Source: Alphaproteobacteria bacterium
GTDB lineage: Bacteria > Pseudomonadota > Alphaproteobacteria > UBA828
Reading direction: 5' to 3'
Length of the DNA: 64,000 nt
Assembly (NCBI GenBank): GCA_965237415.1
Contig: CBDEFM010000001.1
Location: forward strand, 448,001 to 512,000
In this document: positions 1-11,498 of the stretch, piece by piece
Numbering within the stretch: position 1 is the stretch's first letter
How the letters are laid out: each line of letters begins with the position of its first letter
Made by a program: the position numbers and the translations under genes
Notes under the pieces: model-generated
The model's database searches: none
What the model was told of the DNA's origin: nothing
Seen by the model: the letters and a program-made list of their open reading frames with translations, nothing else

Positions 1-599
1 CGGACGATCCCATTGAACGCCGGGTCTCCACCGTGGGCCGCGTCCACCCCCACGTGGAGGTCAAGGTCGTCGATCAGGACGGCAAGGTCGTGCCGCGCGG
101 CGAGACGGGCGAGCTGCTTACCCGCGGCTATTCGGTCATGCGCGGCTACTGGAACGACGAGGAGAAGACCCAGGAGGCGATCGACAAGGCGGGCTGGATG
201 CACACCGGCGACCAGGCCACCATCGATGCGGACGGCTACTGCAATATCGTGGGCCGCATCAAGGACATGGTCATCCGCGGCGGCGAGAACGTCTATCCGC
301 GCGAGATCGAGGAGTTCCTCTACCGCCACCCCAAGGTCCAGGACGTGCAGGTCATCGGCGTGCCGGACGAGAAGTACGGCGAGGAGCTCTGCGCCTGGAT
401 CAAGCTGAGAGACGGCGAAGAGGCGAACGCGGACGAGATCAAGGCCTTCTGCAAGGACCAGATCGCCCACTTCAAGGTGCCCCGCTACGTGCGCTTCGTG
501 GATGAGTTCCCGATGACCGTCACGGGCAAGATTCAGAAGTTCAAGATGCGCGAAACGATGATCGCGGAGCTCGCGCTCGCGGAGCAGAAGACCGCCTGA
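1..599 (+). CDS. AMP-binding acyl-CoA synthetase, C-terminal part (5' end outside window)
   Basis: [28 protein letters not shown] and [10 protein letters not shown] adenylate-forming enzyme motifs. Confidence 0.92.
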   Translation, partial: DDPIERRVSTVGRVHPHVEVKVVDQDGKVVPRGETGELLTRGYSVMRGYWNDEEKTQEAIDKAGWMHTGDQATIDADGYCNIVGRIKDMVIRGGENVYPREIEEFLYRHPKVQDVQVIGVPDEKYGEELCAWIKLRDGEEANADEIKAFCKDQIAHFKVPRYVRFVDEFPMTVTGKIQKFKMRETMIAELALAEQKTA

Positions 600-637
600 G
601 GCGAGCGCGCCAACCGCCCCCAACGACGGAGAATCCC

Positions 638-1042
638 ATGGCCAAGCTCACGCACATCAACCCGGACAACGTGCCGGACTATCTCACCTACGGCCTCAGC
701 CACGCGGTCGTCGCCGAGGGCGGCAAGACCATCTATCTCTCGGGCCAGGTGGGCTGGAACGAGAAGAGCGAATCGGTAGGGCCGGACCTCGCCAGCCAGC
801 TCGCCCAGGCGCACGAGAACATCCGCCGCGTGCTCGCCGCTGCCGGCGGGACGGTCGCGGACATCGTTCGCCTCAACACCTACGTCGCCAACTACCGGCC
901 CGAGGAGGGCGAGGTGGTGAACGCCGCCAACAAGAAGCTCTTCGGCGACCATGTGCCGGCCTCGATGACGCTGATGGGCGTCCAGGCCCTCTATTCACCC
1001 GATGTCCGCTGCGAGGTCGAGGTGACCGCCGTCATCGGTTGA
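638..1042 (+). CDS. RidA/YjgF family protein
   Basis: IYLSGQVG, PASMTL..V..L and C-terminal EVEVTAV; GGAGA RBS upstream. Confidence 0.85.
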   Translation: MAKLTHINPDNVPDYLTYGLSHAVVAEGGKTIYLSGQVGWNEKSESVGPDLASQLAQAHENIRRVLAAAGGTVADIVRLNTYVANYRPEEGEVVNAANKKLFGDHVPASMTLMGVQALYSPDVRCEVEVTAVIG

Positions 1043-1053
1043 CGCACAAAAGG

Positions 1054-1091
1054 ACAAGGGGCGCCGCCCGCGCTGGGCGACGCCCCCTTGT
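1054..1091. terminator. GC-rich hairpin between convergent genes, probable bidirectional terminator
   Basis: ACAAGGGGCG-CCGCCC...GGGCGA-CGCCCCCTTGT inverted repeat between the RidA and amidase stop codons. Confidence 0.55.
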
Positions 1092-1113
1092 GCTTGCCGG
1101 CGGGACCGCTCGC

Positions 1114-2640
1114 CTATGTCCGAAAGACGCCGAGGGTCTCGAAGGCGGCGGCGGCCTGGATAACGGTCGCATCGTCGTAGCGCTTGCCGATCAGCATCAT
1201 CCCGATGGGGGAGTCGTCTGCCTTGCCGCAGGGAACCGTCATGGCCGGATGGCCCGAGGCGTCGAACGGGCAGGTGTTGGCCAGCATGTTCAGCGCGACT
1301 TCGACATAGTGCTCGCGCGAGCAATCGGGCGCCGGCAGCTCGGTCGCGAGCATCGGCAGCGTTGGCATCGCGAGCACATCGTACTCAGCCAGCACCGCGT
1401 CATACGTCTCACGCAGCCTGCGGCTCAGGTTCTGCGCCTTGGCGTAGTAGCGGCCGTGGTAGTTCCGGTGCATGTACTCGCCCAGCATCATGACCGTCTT
1501 CACCGTCTCCGAGAGATCGTCCGGCCGCGAGCGCCAGCCCCTGGCATAGGCGTCGATCAGCGAGGTCGCGTAGTAGCCTTCCCAGTTGGTGCCGAAGCCG
1601 TTGCCCTTCAGCATCATCGCGGTCGCGCCCTCCACCGCGATGCCGTTCCAGATATGCTGCCCGTCGAGGTGCATGGGGATCGAGATCTCGTCCACCGTGG
1701 CGCCGAGCTCCGTGAACCGCTGGACAGCGGCCCTGACCGTGCTGTCGACTGCGTCCTCGCTCTCGGGATGGCCGAAGCCCTCCGTGACGACGCCGATCTT
1801 CATACCGTCTGCGCCCTTGTCGAGCGCGTTCACATAGCGCTGGGTCTTGGTGCCGATCTGGCGCGGGTCGTGGCCGTCGGGGCCGGCGATGACCTGGAGC
1901 AGGGTCGCCACGTCGCTCACCGAGCGCGCCATCGGGCCGGTGTGGTCGAGGGTCTGCTCGATGGGGAAGATCCCGGTGTAGGGAACCAGCCCATGCGTGG
2001 GCTTATGCCCGTATATGCCGCACCAGCATGCGGGCATGCGGATCGAGCCGCCCTGGTCGCCGCCGAGCGCCATGTCGGCCTCGCCGATGGCGACCAGCAC
2101 GCCGCTGCCGGCGGACGAGCCGCCGGAGGTGTAGCCCTTCTTGTGCGGGTTCTCGACCATGCCGGTGGCGGTGGTGGCGCTGCCGCCATCGAAGCAGAGG
2201 TAGGTGTTGGCGGCCTTGCCGATGATGGTGCCGCCGGCATCGAGAATCCGGGTCACCACGGTCGCGTCGATATCGGGCACATAGCCCTCGAGCACCGTGG
2301 CACCGTTCATCATCGGCACGCCGGCCAGGCAAATATTGTCCTTGAGAACGACCCGCTTGCCCTTGAGCGGCCCGCCTCCCCTGCCCTTGACCTCGGACTT
2401 CCAGTACCAGGCGTTGTAGGGGTTCTCTTCCGGCGGCGGCCGGTAGCCGGGGCTGCGCGGATACTTCACCGGAAGCTTCGGCTCATCGAGATCGTCGAGC
2501 CGGTGATAGGACGCGATCGTGCCCTCCATGAGGCCGCGATACGATTCCGCGTCCTCAACGGTGATCGTCATGCCGTAGCCTTCGGCGATATCCAGGACCT
2601 CTTCGATCGTCGGTGTGCGCACCGTCGGAAACTTGGCCAT
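1114..2640 (-). CDS. amidase signature family protein
   Basis: LKDN, GGSSAGS, GGDQGGSIRMPA; start taken at MAKFPT after a GGAG RBS. Confidence 0.92.
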   Translation of the reverse strand: MAKFPTVRTPTIEEVLDIAEGYGMTITVEDAESYRGLMEGTIASYHRLDDLDEPKLPVKYPRSPGYRPPPEENPYNAWYWKSEVKGRGGGPLKGKRVVLKDNICLAGVPMMNGATVLEGYVPDIDATVVTRILDAGGTIIGKAANTYLCFDGGSATTATGMVENPHKKGYTSGGSSAGSGVLVAIGEADMALGGDQGGSIRMPACWCGIYGHKPTHGLVPYTGIFPIEQTLDHTGPMARSVSDVATLLQVIAGPDGHDPRQIGTKTQRYVNALDKGADGMKIGVVTEGFGHPESEDAVDSTVRAAVQRFTELGATVDEISIPMHLDGQHIWNGIAVEGATAMMLKGNGFGTNWEGYYATSLIDAYARGWRSRPDDLSETVKTVMMLGEYMHRNYHGRYYAKAQNLSRRLRETYDAVLAEYDVLAMPTLPMLATELPAPDCSREHYVEVALNMLANTCPFDASGHPAMTVPCGKADDSPIGMMLIGKRYDDATVIQAAAAFETLGVFRT

Positions 2641-2849
2641 CCGTTCTCCTCCCGTCTCTTGCCGCGCCGACGGCGAGCGCCGCCGTCCCTGCCGGAGCGA
2701 CACATATACCGAACGCGCGCCCACCCGAACAGGGCAGCCGCGCCCGCGTGTGGCCGGTGGCGGCAATCGGGCAACGGCGCGCGCTTTACAGGCGCCATGC
2801 TGCACTGCACAATCGGCCGCACTGCAGCGCCGAATGAGGGAATTCGATC

Positions 2850-3314
2850 ATGGAGCAGGCGGCCGTCGCGGCCCCGGGCGATGCCCGGCCCGGTTACTAT
2901 TTCGAGGATCTGGCGATCGGCATGAGCGCCGATTTCCGCCGCGTTATCGGCGATGAGGAGATGCGCCTCTTCGCCGATCTCACCGGCGACACCAACCCGC
3001 TCCACTTCGACGACGACTTTGCCGAACGCTCGCGCTTCGGCGGGCGAATCGTGCACGGCATGTGCACCGCAGCATTGATCTCGACGGTCATCGGCACCCG
3101 CCTGCCGGGGCCGGGGTGCATCTACTTGTCCCAGACGCTCCGCTTCACGGCGCCGGTCAGGCCCGGCGACGAGATTGTGGCGCGGGCGGTGGTGGATCGT
3201 CTCATTCCGGAGCGCCGGCGCGTCGAGTTCGAAACCACGTGCTCAGTCGGCGACCAGATCGTGCTCGCCGGCCGCGCGCTCGCCCAGGTCCCCTCCTGCG
3301 CCGGACCGGCTTAG
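2850..3314 (+). CDS. MaoC-family (R)-enoyl-CoA hydratase/dehydratase
   Basis: FADLTGDTNPLH...IVHG hydratase-2 motif. Confidence 0.9.
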   Translation: MEQAAVAAPGDARPGYYFEDLAIGMSADFRRVIGDEEMRLFADLTGDTNPLHFDDDFAERSRFGGRIVHGMCTAALISTVIGTRLPGPGCIYLSQTLRFTAPVRPGDEIVARAVVDRLIPERRRVEFETTCSVGDQIVLAGRALAQVPSCAGPA

Positions 3315-5551
3315 CGGGCGGCTTGAGGGCTGTGATCGCTCGAATCCTTGAGCCCTCGCGCCCCAGGAACCCGGAAACCACCTCGCCGCCGCCGGTTATG
3401 ATTCAGACAGATAGGATCGCGCCCTAGAACCGCGCGATGGCCCGCAGCATGGTCCTGTGGTCGGCCGGCGCTGCGGGGCGCTCGCGGCGTTCGGTCTCGA
3501 GGCTCAGAAGCGCGGACGATCCCAGCGAGAACCGCATGCCCAAGCGGTAAGCGCGCGCATCGGAGTTTTCCAGACTCACCGCGCCGTAGGGCGCCAACGC
3601 GGCGCGGCCGCCGAACGCCGGGAAGCCGTAGCCGACCTCCAAATCCAGACGCCTCTCCGACGAGTCATGCACGGCCAGGCGGTTCGTGCCGTCGCTCCAT
3701 AACCGATGCACGCTGCTTGTCGGCTCGCCCCAGGTTTGTGCCAGGCTCACCCATGGGCCGAAGCCAGGCGCCTCTGGATGGTAACGGAACCGCAGGCCGA
3801 ACCCCTGCTCCTGCGCCAGCGCGTCGTCGCGCGCGGCAAGCCAGCGACCATAGATCTCCGCGTTCCACCCCTGCTCGATGTTCCGGTAGTGCAGGCCGCC
3901 ACCGAGTTCCAGGCTGGAGCCGGTCGCGCCATCGCCACCCTCGTGGCGCAGGCCCAACTCCCCCCAGGGGGCGAGCACGCCGACGTCGGGAATGACGTGC
4001 TCGTATTCAACCTCGGCCGCAAGCCGCAGTCGCTGCAGGTTCGCCGATGCACCCTGGAACAACCCTGTGCCTTTTGAAACGTCCAGCTGCGCCAGTGACC
4101 CCTCGCCCTTGAGCCTGAGCGTCGTCGCGCCATGAGTCAGCAGCCGGCCGTTGATGCCCACTGTGGCCGAGGCCAAGGTTGCCGCACTCGTGGCGGAAGA
4201 ACCCGCGGCGTCGTCAACAACCTGGAGCTCCCCGCCGGCAAGACCGAAAGTTCCCCAGATTTCCAGGTCGGGCGATACCCACCAGCCCAGATAGGGGTGA
4301 ATCCCGGTCAGCCCCAGATCATAGCGGCCGCCGGCGGGACCGCTCCCGCCCGGCCCGTCGAAGTCGAGCGAGCCTCGCGATTGGGTCAGAGACACCCCCG
4401 CAAGCAAGTTGCGGTCGACGATCGCGTCGGCGCCCACCTGCATGCTGAACGCTTCGCCGTCCCAGGCGCCTGCGTCACCCCCACCGTCGCCAGCCAAACT
4501 GCGGTAGTCGCCGCAGCCCCACGTCGAGAATTGGATCGTGCCGCCGTTCCCGCCCATCAGCGGAAGCAGAAACGACGTGTTGGCGAGTATGTCCTCCAAC
4601 GCCAGCGACTCGCCATCCCCATCGGCCAACCCGCTGGGGATCGGTACGACAGACAGTGACGGGCTGACGGCGGGCCTTGCCCAACCGCGGGCCATGTCCG
4701 AGAACGCCTGCTCGATCCGGCAGCGGACGGCGGTGAATGCCAGCGCTCGCCCGATCTCGGGAAGGAGCTCCTGGTTGATCGGCGCGAGGGGCCTTATGTC
4801 ATCGTCGGCGATCGTCCCCGTAGCGGTGCCATCCTGTATCGTCGCGCCGCTCGGGTTGCTCAGCGCCACCAGGAATGTCTCGTCCGGCTCGTCGAGGTCG
4901 TCCTCGCGCGTCGGCACCGCGATGCTCTGACGTGTGTTGCCGGGCGTGAAGGTGAGCGTGCCCGATGCGCCGTCGAAGTCGCGGCCCGCGACTGCCGTTC
5001 CGCTGGCTGTCCGGTACCTGACCGTCACGGTCTGCTCGCTGGCCGGGCTTAGCCTTACCGTGAATTGCGCCGTCCCTCCCTCGACCACCGTCGTATCAAC
5101 AATGGAAAGCTTGGGCTGCGGCACAGACTCGTCGTACTCGATGATCGTGCCCGTCCCACTCCCGTCCTGCAGGGTCGCGCCGGTCGGATTGCTCAGCTCC
5201 GCCGTAAACGTTTCGTTCGGGTCGTCGACGTCGTCCTCGTGCGTCCATACGAGGATGGTTTGCTCTGTGTCGCCGGGCACGAAGGTGAGCGTGCGCGACA
5301 CCCCGCGGTAGTCTGTGCCCTCGTCCGCCGTCCCGTCCTTTGTCCGGTACCGCACCGTCACGGTCTGATCGCTTGCAGGGCTTAGCGTCACCACGAAGCG
5401 CGCGGTATCTCCCTCTTCCACCGTCGTGTCATCGATGGAAATCTTCGGGAGGCCGGGGTCCCCAACATCGCGCAGCTCATCCTCGTCCTCGCCCCCGTTG
5501 TTGAGGTCGGTCCCGTCGTCAATGTTGGTATTGTGGTTGTTGCCGCCGGTA

Positions 5552-5599
<48 letters not shown>

Positions 5600-6512
5600 T
5601 CGTCGGTAATCGTCCCCGTTGCGGAGCCATTCCCCACGGTCGCGCGGATAGGGCTGCTCAAGATTACCAGGAACGTCTCATCGCTCTCTTCGAGCGTGTC
5701 CTGGAGAGTCCGCACCGAGAAAGTTCCATTTGGATTGCCGGCCAGGATCGTGAGAGTGTCGGACGCAAGGGTGTAGTCCGCGCCCACGGTTGCCGTTCCG
5801 TCTGACGTCGCGAAATTCACCATAATGTCTTCGGTGCTGACCATGCTGAGCATCACGGTGAATGCGGCCAGCTCTCCCTCAGCAACCGACACGTCCTGGA
5901 TGGAAAGCGTCGGAAGAACCTCATCGATGATTGTCGCTGTTGCAGTGCGGCGCCGCACCGTGGCGTCGTTCTCGCCACTCAGACTCACCGTGAACATCTC
6001 GCCATCGTCAGCGATAGTGTCCTTGATAGTCGGTACCGTGAAGGTCTTAACTGGCACGCCGGGTGAGAAGGTGAGGCTGTCGGACGTAAAAGTGTAGTCT
6101 GCGGGCTTCTTGGCCGATCCGTCCTCCGTCTCGTAGTCCACGGTGACGGTCTTCCCGCTCGCCGGGGTTAGCCTCACCGTGAATTGCGCCGGATTTCCCT
6201 CCCCCACCGTCGTGTCTTCGATGGAGAGCGTCGGCGGATCGTCGTCGTCGTTAATCGTCCCCGTCGCGGTGTGATCGACCAGCCTCGCATCGCTCGGGTT
6301 GCTCAGACTCACCGTGAACATCTCATCCGGCTCGTCGATAAGGTCCTCGCGGGTCTGCACCTGGAATGTCTGCTGTGTGGTGCCGGGCGTGAAGGTCAGA
6401 GTGTCGGTCTTAGCGGTGTAGTCCGAGCCATCTTTCGCCGTTCCGTCCGCCGTCGCATAGCTCACGGTCACGGGCTTCCCGCTTGCCGGGTTCAGGCTCA
6501 CATTGAACGTTA

Positions 6513-6584
6513 CTAGGCCTAAAGACCTTAGTGTGACGACACTGCCAATTGAAAATGATCTCAACTTCAGTGTCAGGTGACTAG
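6513..6584. mobile_element. truncated MITE (one end of the 63182-63314 element) flanked by CTAG
   Basis: 6527-6584 is the exact 58-bp reverse complement of 63182-63239; CTAG at 6513-6516 and 6581-6584; 9-bp direct repeat ACTAGGCCT at 6512-6520 and 6580-6588. Confidence 0.85.
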
Positions 6585-7878
6585 GCCTCCTTCGGCTGCA
6601 TCCGCATCCATGATGGAGAGTTCGGGCAGCTCATCGTTGTCGGTAATCGTCCCCGTCGCGGTGGCGTCCGCCAGCGTTGCGCGGCTGGGGTTGCTCAGGG
6701 TTACCGCGAACCTCTCCTCGGCCGGCTCATCTGCGTCGTCATCTCGGGTCGTAATTTGGATGGTCTTCGTTCTTTCGCGGGCCAAGAACGTGAGGGTTCC
6801 AGACTTAGCTGTGTAGTCCTTGTCCGTGCCCGCTTCCGCCGTTCCGTCCGACGTCGCGTAACTCACTGTCACGGTCTCGTCGCTCGCCTCGCTCAGCTCC
6901 ACGACGAAATTTGCTTCGTTGCCCTCATTTACTGTCGCGTCTTTGATGGTCAGGCTCGGCAGGTCGCCGTCTTCGATGATTTCGACACCCACCGGGCTCA
7001 CGCCGTGTACTGGACAATAGGTGTCGTTAGACCACACTTCGTGGGAGAACGTCACTGACTCGCCGTCATCCGGGGCCCTTATGCTGACCTCTCGCCACTG
7101 GTCCCAATTGTCCTGATTGAACTCCCAGCCTACCGAGGGCACCCAACTGAAGCCCTTGTACTCGCCATCGTAGCGGACCACGCCGTCGACACGTATCCTG
7201 ACCCACCATCCACTCGCATCACACCGATCGTCTAAGCTTGGATCACAGACGAGGTTCCCGTCACGGTCGAGGTTGACCGGCTGCTTGGTCAATCTCAGAC
7301 GGTACGTCGTGGGTTTGCCCGGCTCGATCGTCAACGTGCTCGGCGACACCTCCACCGTCCCACCCCAATCATAGGGCTCCTGGCTCTGGGCGTGGTGCTG
7401 AGGCCCGACGAGGGTGGAGAGAAGAGCCGACAGCGCGATGACGACGGCGAAGACGACGAGACCCGGCCAGCGGAGGCAGAAACGCCCCAACCAGGGGGCC
7501 GCCCCCAGCACGGGCCGGCGAACGGATTCAGGCACCGAAGGCACCGGGAAAATGCCGGCGTTCGTGGAGAAGAGCGTTCACGAATGCATCCGTTGAGACT
7601 CGAGTCGCATCTATTATATCATCAGCCCTCCTATATATAGTGTATGCGAAGAGTAGTGGTGTATATACCCAGATGCACATACTCTATCGGGGACGGTTAC
7701 TGCGACCTGTACCCCCGACACAGTGGCCACACATTGGCCGGTCGCAGCGGACCACCGCGCGCTGCCCCACTCATGTGCTCACCCTCGCAGACAGCAAACG
7801 ATTGCACTACGCTGAGGCACCATCAGAACCCCGCACAGCCGCCTCCGCTGAAAGGCGCCGGCGAGGACTCGACCATTC

Positions 7879-8625
7879 ATGCCATCCAAAAGACGTCATG
7901 AGGCCCGTCGACCTGCGGGCTCGCCAAATGACAGTAAAGCGGGCACCGCGCAAAACCTGAACGATACCGCCTACGCGAGGATCAAGGACGACATCATCTC
8001 CTGCGCCTTGCAACCTGGAGAGGAAGTCTCGGAGGGCTTGCTCGTCGCGCGCTACGGCATGAGCAAGGCACCGATCCGCAGCGCCATGATGCGGCTGCGC
8101 CAGGAGGGATTAATCGTTTCACGCGGGAGGCAGGGGAACGCGGTCTCCCCGGTCACGCTGCGCGACATCCAGGAGATATTCCAGCTTCGCCTCGTGCTCG
8201 AGGTCACTGCCGTCAGGCTCGCCGCCGGCAAGGTGGATGCGGCGCGGCTGCGCTCGCTGAATGACGCCGCCCACGCGACCTACCCGGCGGGCAACGAGGC
8301 CGGCCAGGCGGCATATCTGCGGGCGAACCGCGCGTTCCACCGCTATGTCGCGGAGTCCACCGGCAACCAGCGCCTGGTCACCCTGGTTGTGGGCCTCATG
8401 GAGCAGCATGAGCGCATCGTGCACCTTGGCCTCGCGATGCAGAGACGGGAGCACGAGTTCCATCACTTTCACGACGATCTGGTTACGGCGCTGATCGAAG
8501 GCGACGGCGAGCGGGCCGCACAACTGACCGAGAGGGCGCTGCGCGGCAGCCAGAGGAAGGTGATGGAAGCGCTGACGGACTCGACGGCGCAGATCCCGCT
8601 CGGGCCTGTGGACCTCAGCTCTTAG
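7879..8625 (+). CDS. GntR family transcriptional regulator (FCD domain)
   Basis: AYARIKDDIISCALQPGE...SKAPIRSAMMRL HTH; ANRAFH..GN FCD; start uncertain. Confidence 0.9.
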   Translation: MPSKRRHEARRPAGSPNDSKAGTAQNLNDTAYARIKDDIISCALQPGEEVSEGLLVARYGMSKAPIRSAMMRLRQEGLIVSRGRQGNAVSPVTLRDIQEIFQLRLVLEVTAVRLAAGKVDAARLRSLNDAAHATYPAGNEAGQAAYLRANRAFHRYVAESTGNQRLVTLVVGLMEQHERIVHLGLAMQRREHEFHHFHDDLVTALIEGDGERAAQLTERALRGSQRKVMEALTDSTAQIPLGPVDLSS

Positions 8626-8785
8626 CGAGCGTCCCTAGTTGCGTCGGCCGGCCCGCCGGCGCGACAACCTTCGCCCTTCCTGAGTAGAGCACACCCGAGA
8701 CGAGGGACGACCCGGCCCGCGCCTGTCCTCTCGCGCCGACATCGGCCGCCGGGCAGCGCAGCAAAAAGTTCGCCAAACAGGCGGG

Positions 8786-8812
8786 TTGACATGTCAGATA
8801 ACATGTTATAAT
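8786..8812 (+). promoter_or_regulatory. sigma70-type promoter with extended -10 and overlapping palindromes (possible metal-regulator operator)
   Basis: TTGACA 8786-8791 and TGtTATAAT 8804-8812 (15-bp spacer); palindromes TGACATGTCA and ATAACATGTTAT; ATG lies 8 nt after the -10. Confidence 0.65.
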
Positions 8813-8820
8813 TATCCTCC

Positions 8821-9411
8821 ATGGCGGCGGTCCTCAGGCTATGGGCGCTGGTTGTCGCCCTGACCGTGTCGCTGGCGCCGGCTGAGGCGCGCGCCAATCC
8901 GGACGTGTGGGCCGAGGCCACGATCACTGTCGCGTTCGACGATCAGCGGGTCAGCGGATTGGAATTTTCGTGGATATTCGACGACTTCTACAGCGCCCGC
9001 AGCGTCCAAACCTACGATCTGGATCGGGACGGGGCGCTCAATCCTCTCGAGGTCAAGAATTTGCGCGCCGAGACGTTCGATCCTCTCTCACCGGCCGACT
9101 ATTTCGTTCACATCTGGTCGGGGGACGAAAAACGCCAAGGTCACGACGTGGATCGCTTTGCGGCGCGAATCGAAGAAACGAAGCTCATCTACGAGTTTTC
9201 CGTGGCGCTTACCCCGCCGCTCGATCCAAAGGAAGCGCCCGTAACCGTCAGCCTGTTCGATCGGGACAACGTTGTGGATTTCAACTTCTCCGATTCGGCC
9301 TTTCTGCTGGTTAGCGGCGAGATGACGGCAGGATGCAAATTTAGCGTCGCGCGCGGCAAGGGGGCGCAATCCGGTCATCCCCAACCCGTTACGCTTGCCT
9401 GTGAGGGATAG
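8821..9411 (+). CDS. DUF1007-like periplasmic protein
   Basis: Signal peptide, (H/N)PDVW, W.FDDFYS, D.DRDG.L; typical partner of the downstream Ni/Co transporter. Confidence 0.75.
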   Translation: MAAVLRLWALVVALTVSLAPAEARANPDVWAEATITVAFDDQRVSGLEFSWIFDDFYSARSVQTYDLDRDGALNPLEVKNLRAETFDPLSPADYFVHIWSGDEKRQGHDVDRFAARIEETKLIYEFSVALTPPLDPKEAPVTVSLFDRDNVVDFNFSDSAFLLVSGEMTAGCKFSVARGKGAQSGHPQPVTLACEG

Positions 9412-9414
9412 GCG

Positions 9415-10431
9415 TTGACGATCCGCCGACCCCGTCGCCCGCGAAGCCGCAGCCCGCTCACGGCGCTGTTCGTCGCGGGAATCGGGGTGCTGGCGAGCCT
9501 CTTGGCGGCGCCGCTCGCGCTCGCGCAGACCGACGGCGCAACGACGGTCCCCGTCGCGGTCGAGATCGTCGAGGAACAGGGCGGCCTCTTCGAGAGGGTG
9601 GCCGACTTCCTCATGGATTTTCAGCGCCGCGCCAACGCCGAGGTCTCCTTCCACATGAACGCCATCGAGCGGGGCGAGAATCTCGGCTCGCTCCTCCTGG
9701 CCCTTGCGGTCGCGTTCGCATACGGCGCCGTCCATGCGCTCGGGCCGGGGCACGGGAAATTCGTGGTCGTGTCCTACTTCCTCGGGCGGGACGCGCGGGT
9801 CATGCGTGGCGTCGTCATGGCGGTTCAGATCGCCATCGTCCACGTCATCGCCGCCATCGTCATCGTCTGGCTGGCCGACCTCGTGCTGCGCGGCGGCTTT
9901 GGGCTGGGGCTATCGGACGTGCCGGGCGTGCGCGCCGCGAGCTTCCTCATCATCGTCGGCATCGGCGCCTACATGCTCTACCAGGCCGTGCGTGCGTCGC
10001 TGAGACGGCGTGCAAACGGCACACACGGCCATGAGCACGGTCATCATCACGGTCATGACCACGGGCACGGCCACGATCACAGCCACAGCCACAGCCATGG
10101 CGGGAGGGCGGAGGGCGGCATCCTGGCGCTCGCGGCCGGGATGGTCCCCTGCCCGGGGGCCGTGCTGATCATGCTGTACGCGGTGGCGAACGACATGATC
10201 TATCCCGGCTCCCTGCTGGTCGCGGCGATGTCGCTCGGCATCGGATCGAGCATTTGCGTGCTGGGGGTCGGTGCGATCCTCGCGAGACAAGCGGCGATGC
10301 GAGTCATGGAACGCTCCGGCGGCGGCAGAGCCAACGCGCTGCGGCACGGCATGAACTACGCAGGTGCCGCCTTGGTCACCCTGGTCGGACTGGTCTCCTT
10401 CATCGCCTTTCTCAACACACCGCTCGGCTGA
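9415..10431 (+). CDS. NiCoT/RcnA-type nickel/cobalt transporter
   Basis: HALGPGHGK motif, His-rich loop, GMVPCPGA. Confidence 0.9.
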   Translation: MTIRRPRRPRSRSPLTALFVAGIGVLASLLAAPLALAQTDGATTVPVAVEIVEEQGGLFERVADFLMDFQRRANAEVSFHMNAIERGENLGSLLLALAVAFAYGAVHALGPGHGKFVVVSYFLGRDARVMRGVVMAVQIAIVHVIAAIVIVWLADLVLRGGFGLGLSDVPGVRAASFLIIVGIGAYMLYQAVRASLRRRANGTHGHEHGHHHGHDHGHGHDHSHSHSHGGRAEGGILALAAGMVPCPGAVLIMLYAVANDMIYPGSLLVAAMSLGIGSSICVLGVGAILARQAAMRVMERSGGGRANALRHGMNYAGAALVTLVGLVSFIAFLNTPLG

Positions 10432-10559
10432 ATTGCCCGTAACGACGGCTGCAGATCGCGGGAAAGCGAGCCGATCACGCCCCCGATGCAATAGACTGTC
10501 CTGGTTCGGATCGGAGGCGAACGCCACGTGTCTTCGCTAAACCATTCAACAGGCGCTCA

Positions 10560-11498
10560 GTGATGGCCGGCACGCGCCACAGTCATGGCCACGAGCACGG
10601 TGGCCACTCACACGCTGCCCACATGCACGGCAGCAATGAGACCCGCATCTTCTGGGCGCTGTTGCTGACCGCAGGCTTCATGTTCGCCGAGGTGGCCGGC
10701 GGGGTGATCTCGGGTTCCCTCGCGCTGCTCGCCGATGCCGCGCATATGCTCATCGACTCGGTATCCCTGTTCTTCGCCTGGCTCGCCTTCAGGCTGAGCC
10801 ACCGCCCTGCCGACAAGGCACGCACCTACGGCTATCACCGCTTCCCCGTTCTTGCCGCCTTCGCCAACGGGATCGGCCTCGTCTTCATCTGCATCTGGAT
10901 CTTCAGCGAGGCGGTCGACCGGCTGCTGAACCCGACGGAGGTGCTGGCCAGCCCCATGCTGGCGGTGGCGGGGCTGGGCCTCGCGATCAACATCGCCGCA
11001 TTCGCGGTGCTTCACGGCGCCGATCGCAACAACCTCAACGTACGGGGCGCCCTGCTCCACGTGTGGAGCGACATGCTGGGCTCGGTGGCGGCGATCGGCG
11101 CGGCGCTGGTCATCATGACGACCGGATGGATGCCGATCGACCCGATCCTCTCCGTGCTGGTCGGGCTGCTGGTGCTGCGCAGCGCCTGGTTCCTGATGAG
11201 GGACGCGGCGCACGTCCTGCTCGAAGGCGTGCCTCAGCAGCTGGACGTTCACGACATCGGCCGCGACCTGGTCTTGCACGTTGCCGTCGTCGAGGACGTG
11301 CATCACGTCCACGCCTGGTCCCTTTCGCAGGAACGCTCGCTGCTCACGCTCCACGCACGCGTGACCGAGGGCACCAATCCGGATTCGGCCGTCGCCGCGA
11401 TTCAGGAGCGCCTCGCGGATCGTTTCGACATCCGCCACGTCACGGTGCAGATCGAGCTGGAAGGCTGCTCCGACGAGGCCGTCACCGCCTCCGGCTGA
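10560..11498 (+). CDS. cation diffusion facilitator (CzcD/ZitB-like)
   Basis: SLALLADAAHMLID, N.RGALLHV.SD, His-rich N-terminus, HVTVQIE. Confidence 0.93.
   Translation: MMAGTRHSHGHEHGGHSHAAHMHGSNETRIFWALLLTAGFMFAEVAGGVISGSLALLADAAHMLIDSVSLFFAWLAFRLSHRPADKARTYGYHRFPVLAAFANGIGLVFICIWIFSEAVDRLLNPTEVLASPMLAVAGLGLAINIAAFAVLHGADRNNLNVRGALLHVWSDMLGSVAAIGAALVIMTTGWMPIDPILSVLVGLLVLRSAWFLMRDAAHVLLEGVPQQLDVHDIGRDLVLHVAVVEDVHHVHAWSLSQERSLLTLHARVTEGTNPDSAVAAIQERLADRFDIRHVTVQIELEGCSDEAVTASG

Noticed and set aside
1039-2925. Long antisense/alternative-frame ORFs here and throughout (e.g. 33015-34712, 42446-44047, 55186-56949)
   Set aside because: Shadow ORFs of real genes, expected at high GC, with no family motifs.
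10020-10100. CAC/CAT/GGC low-complexity repeats
   Set aside because: Explained by the His-rich loop of the Ni/Co transporter.
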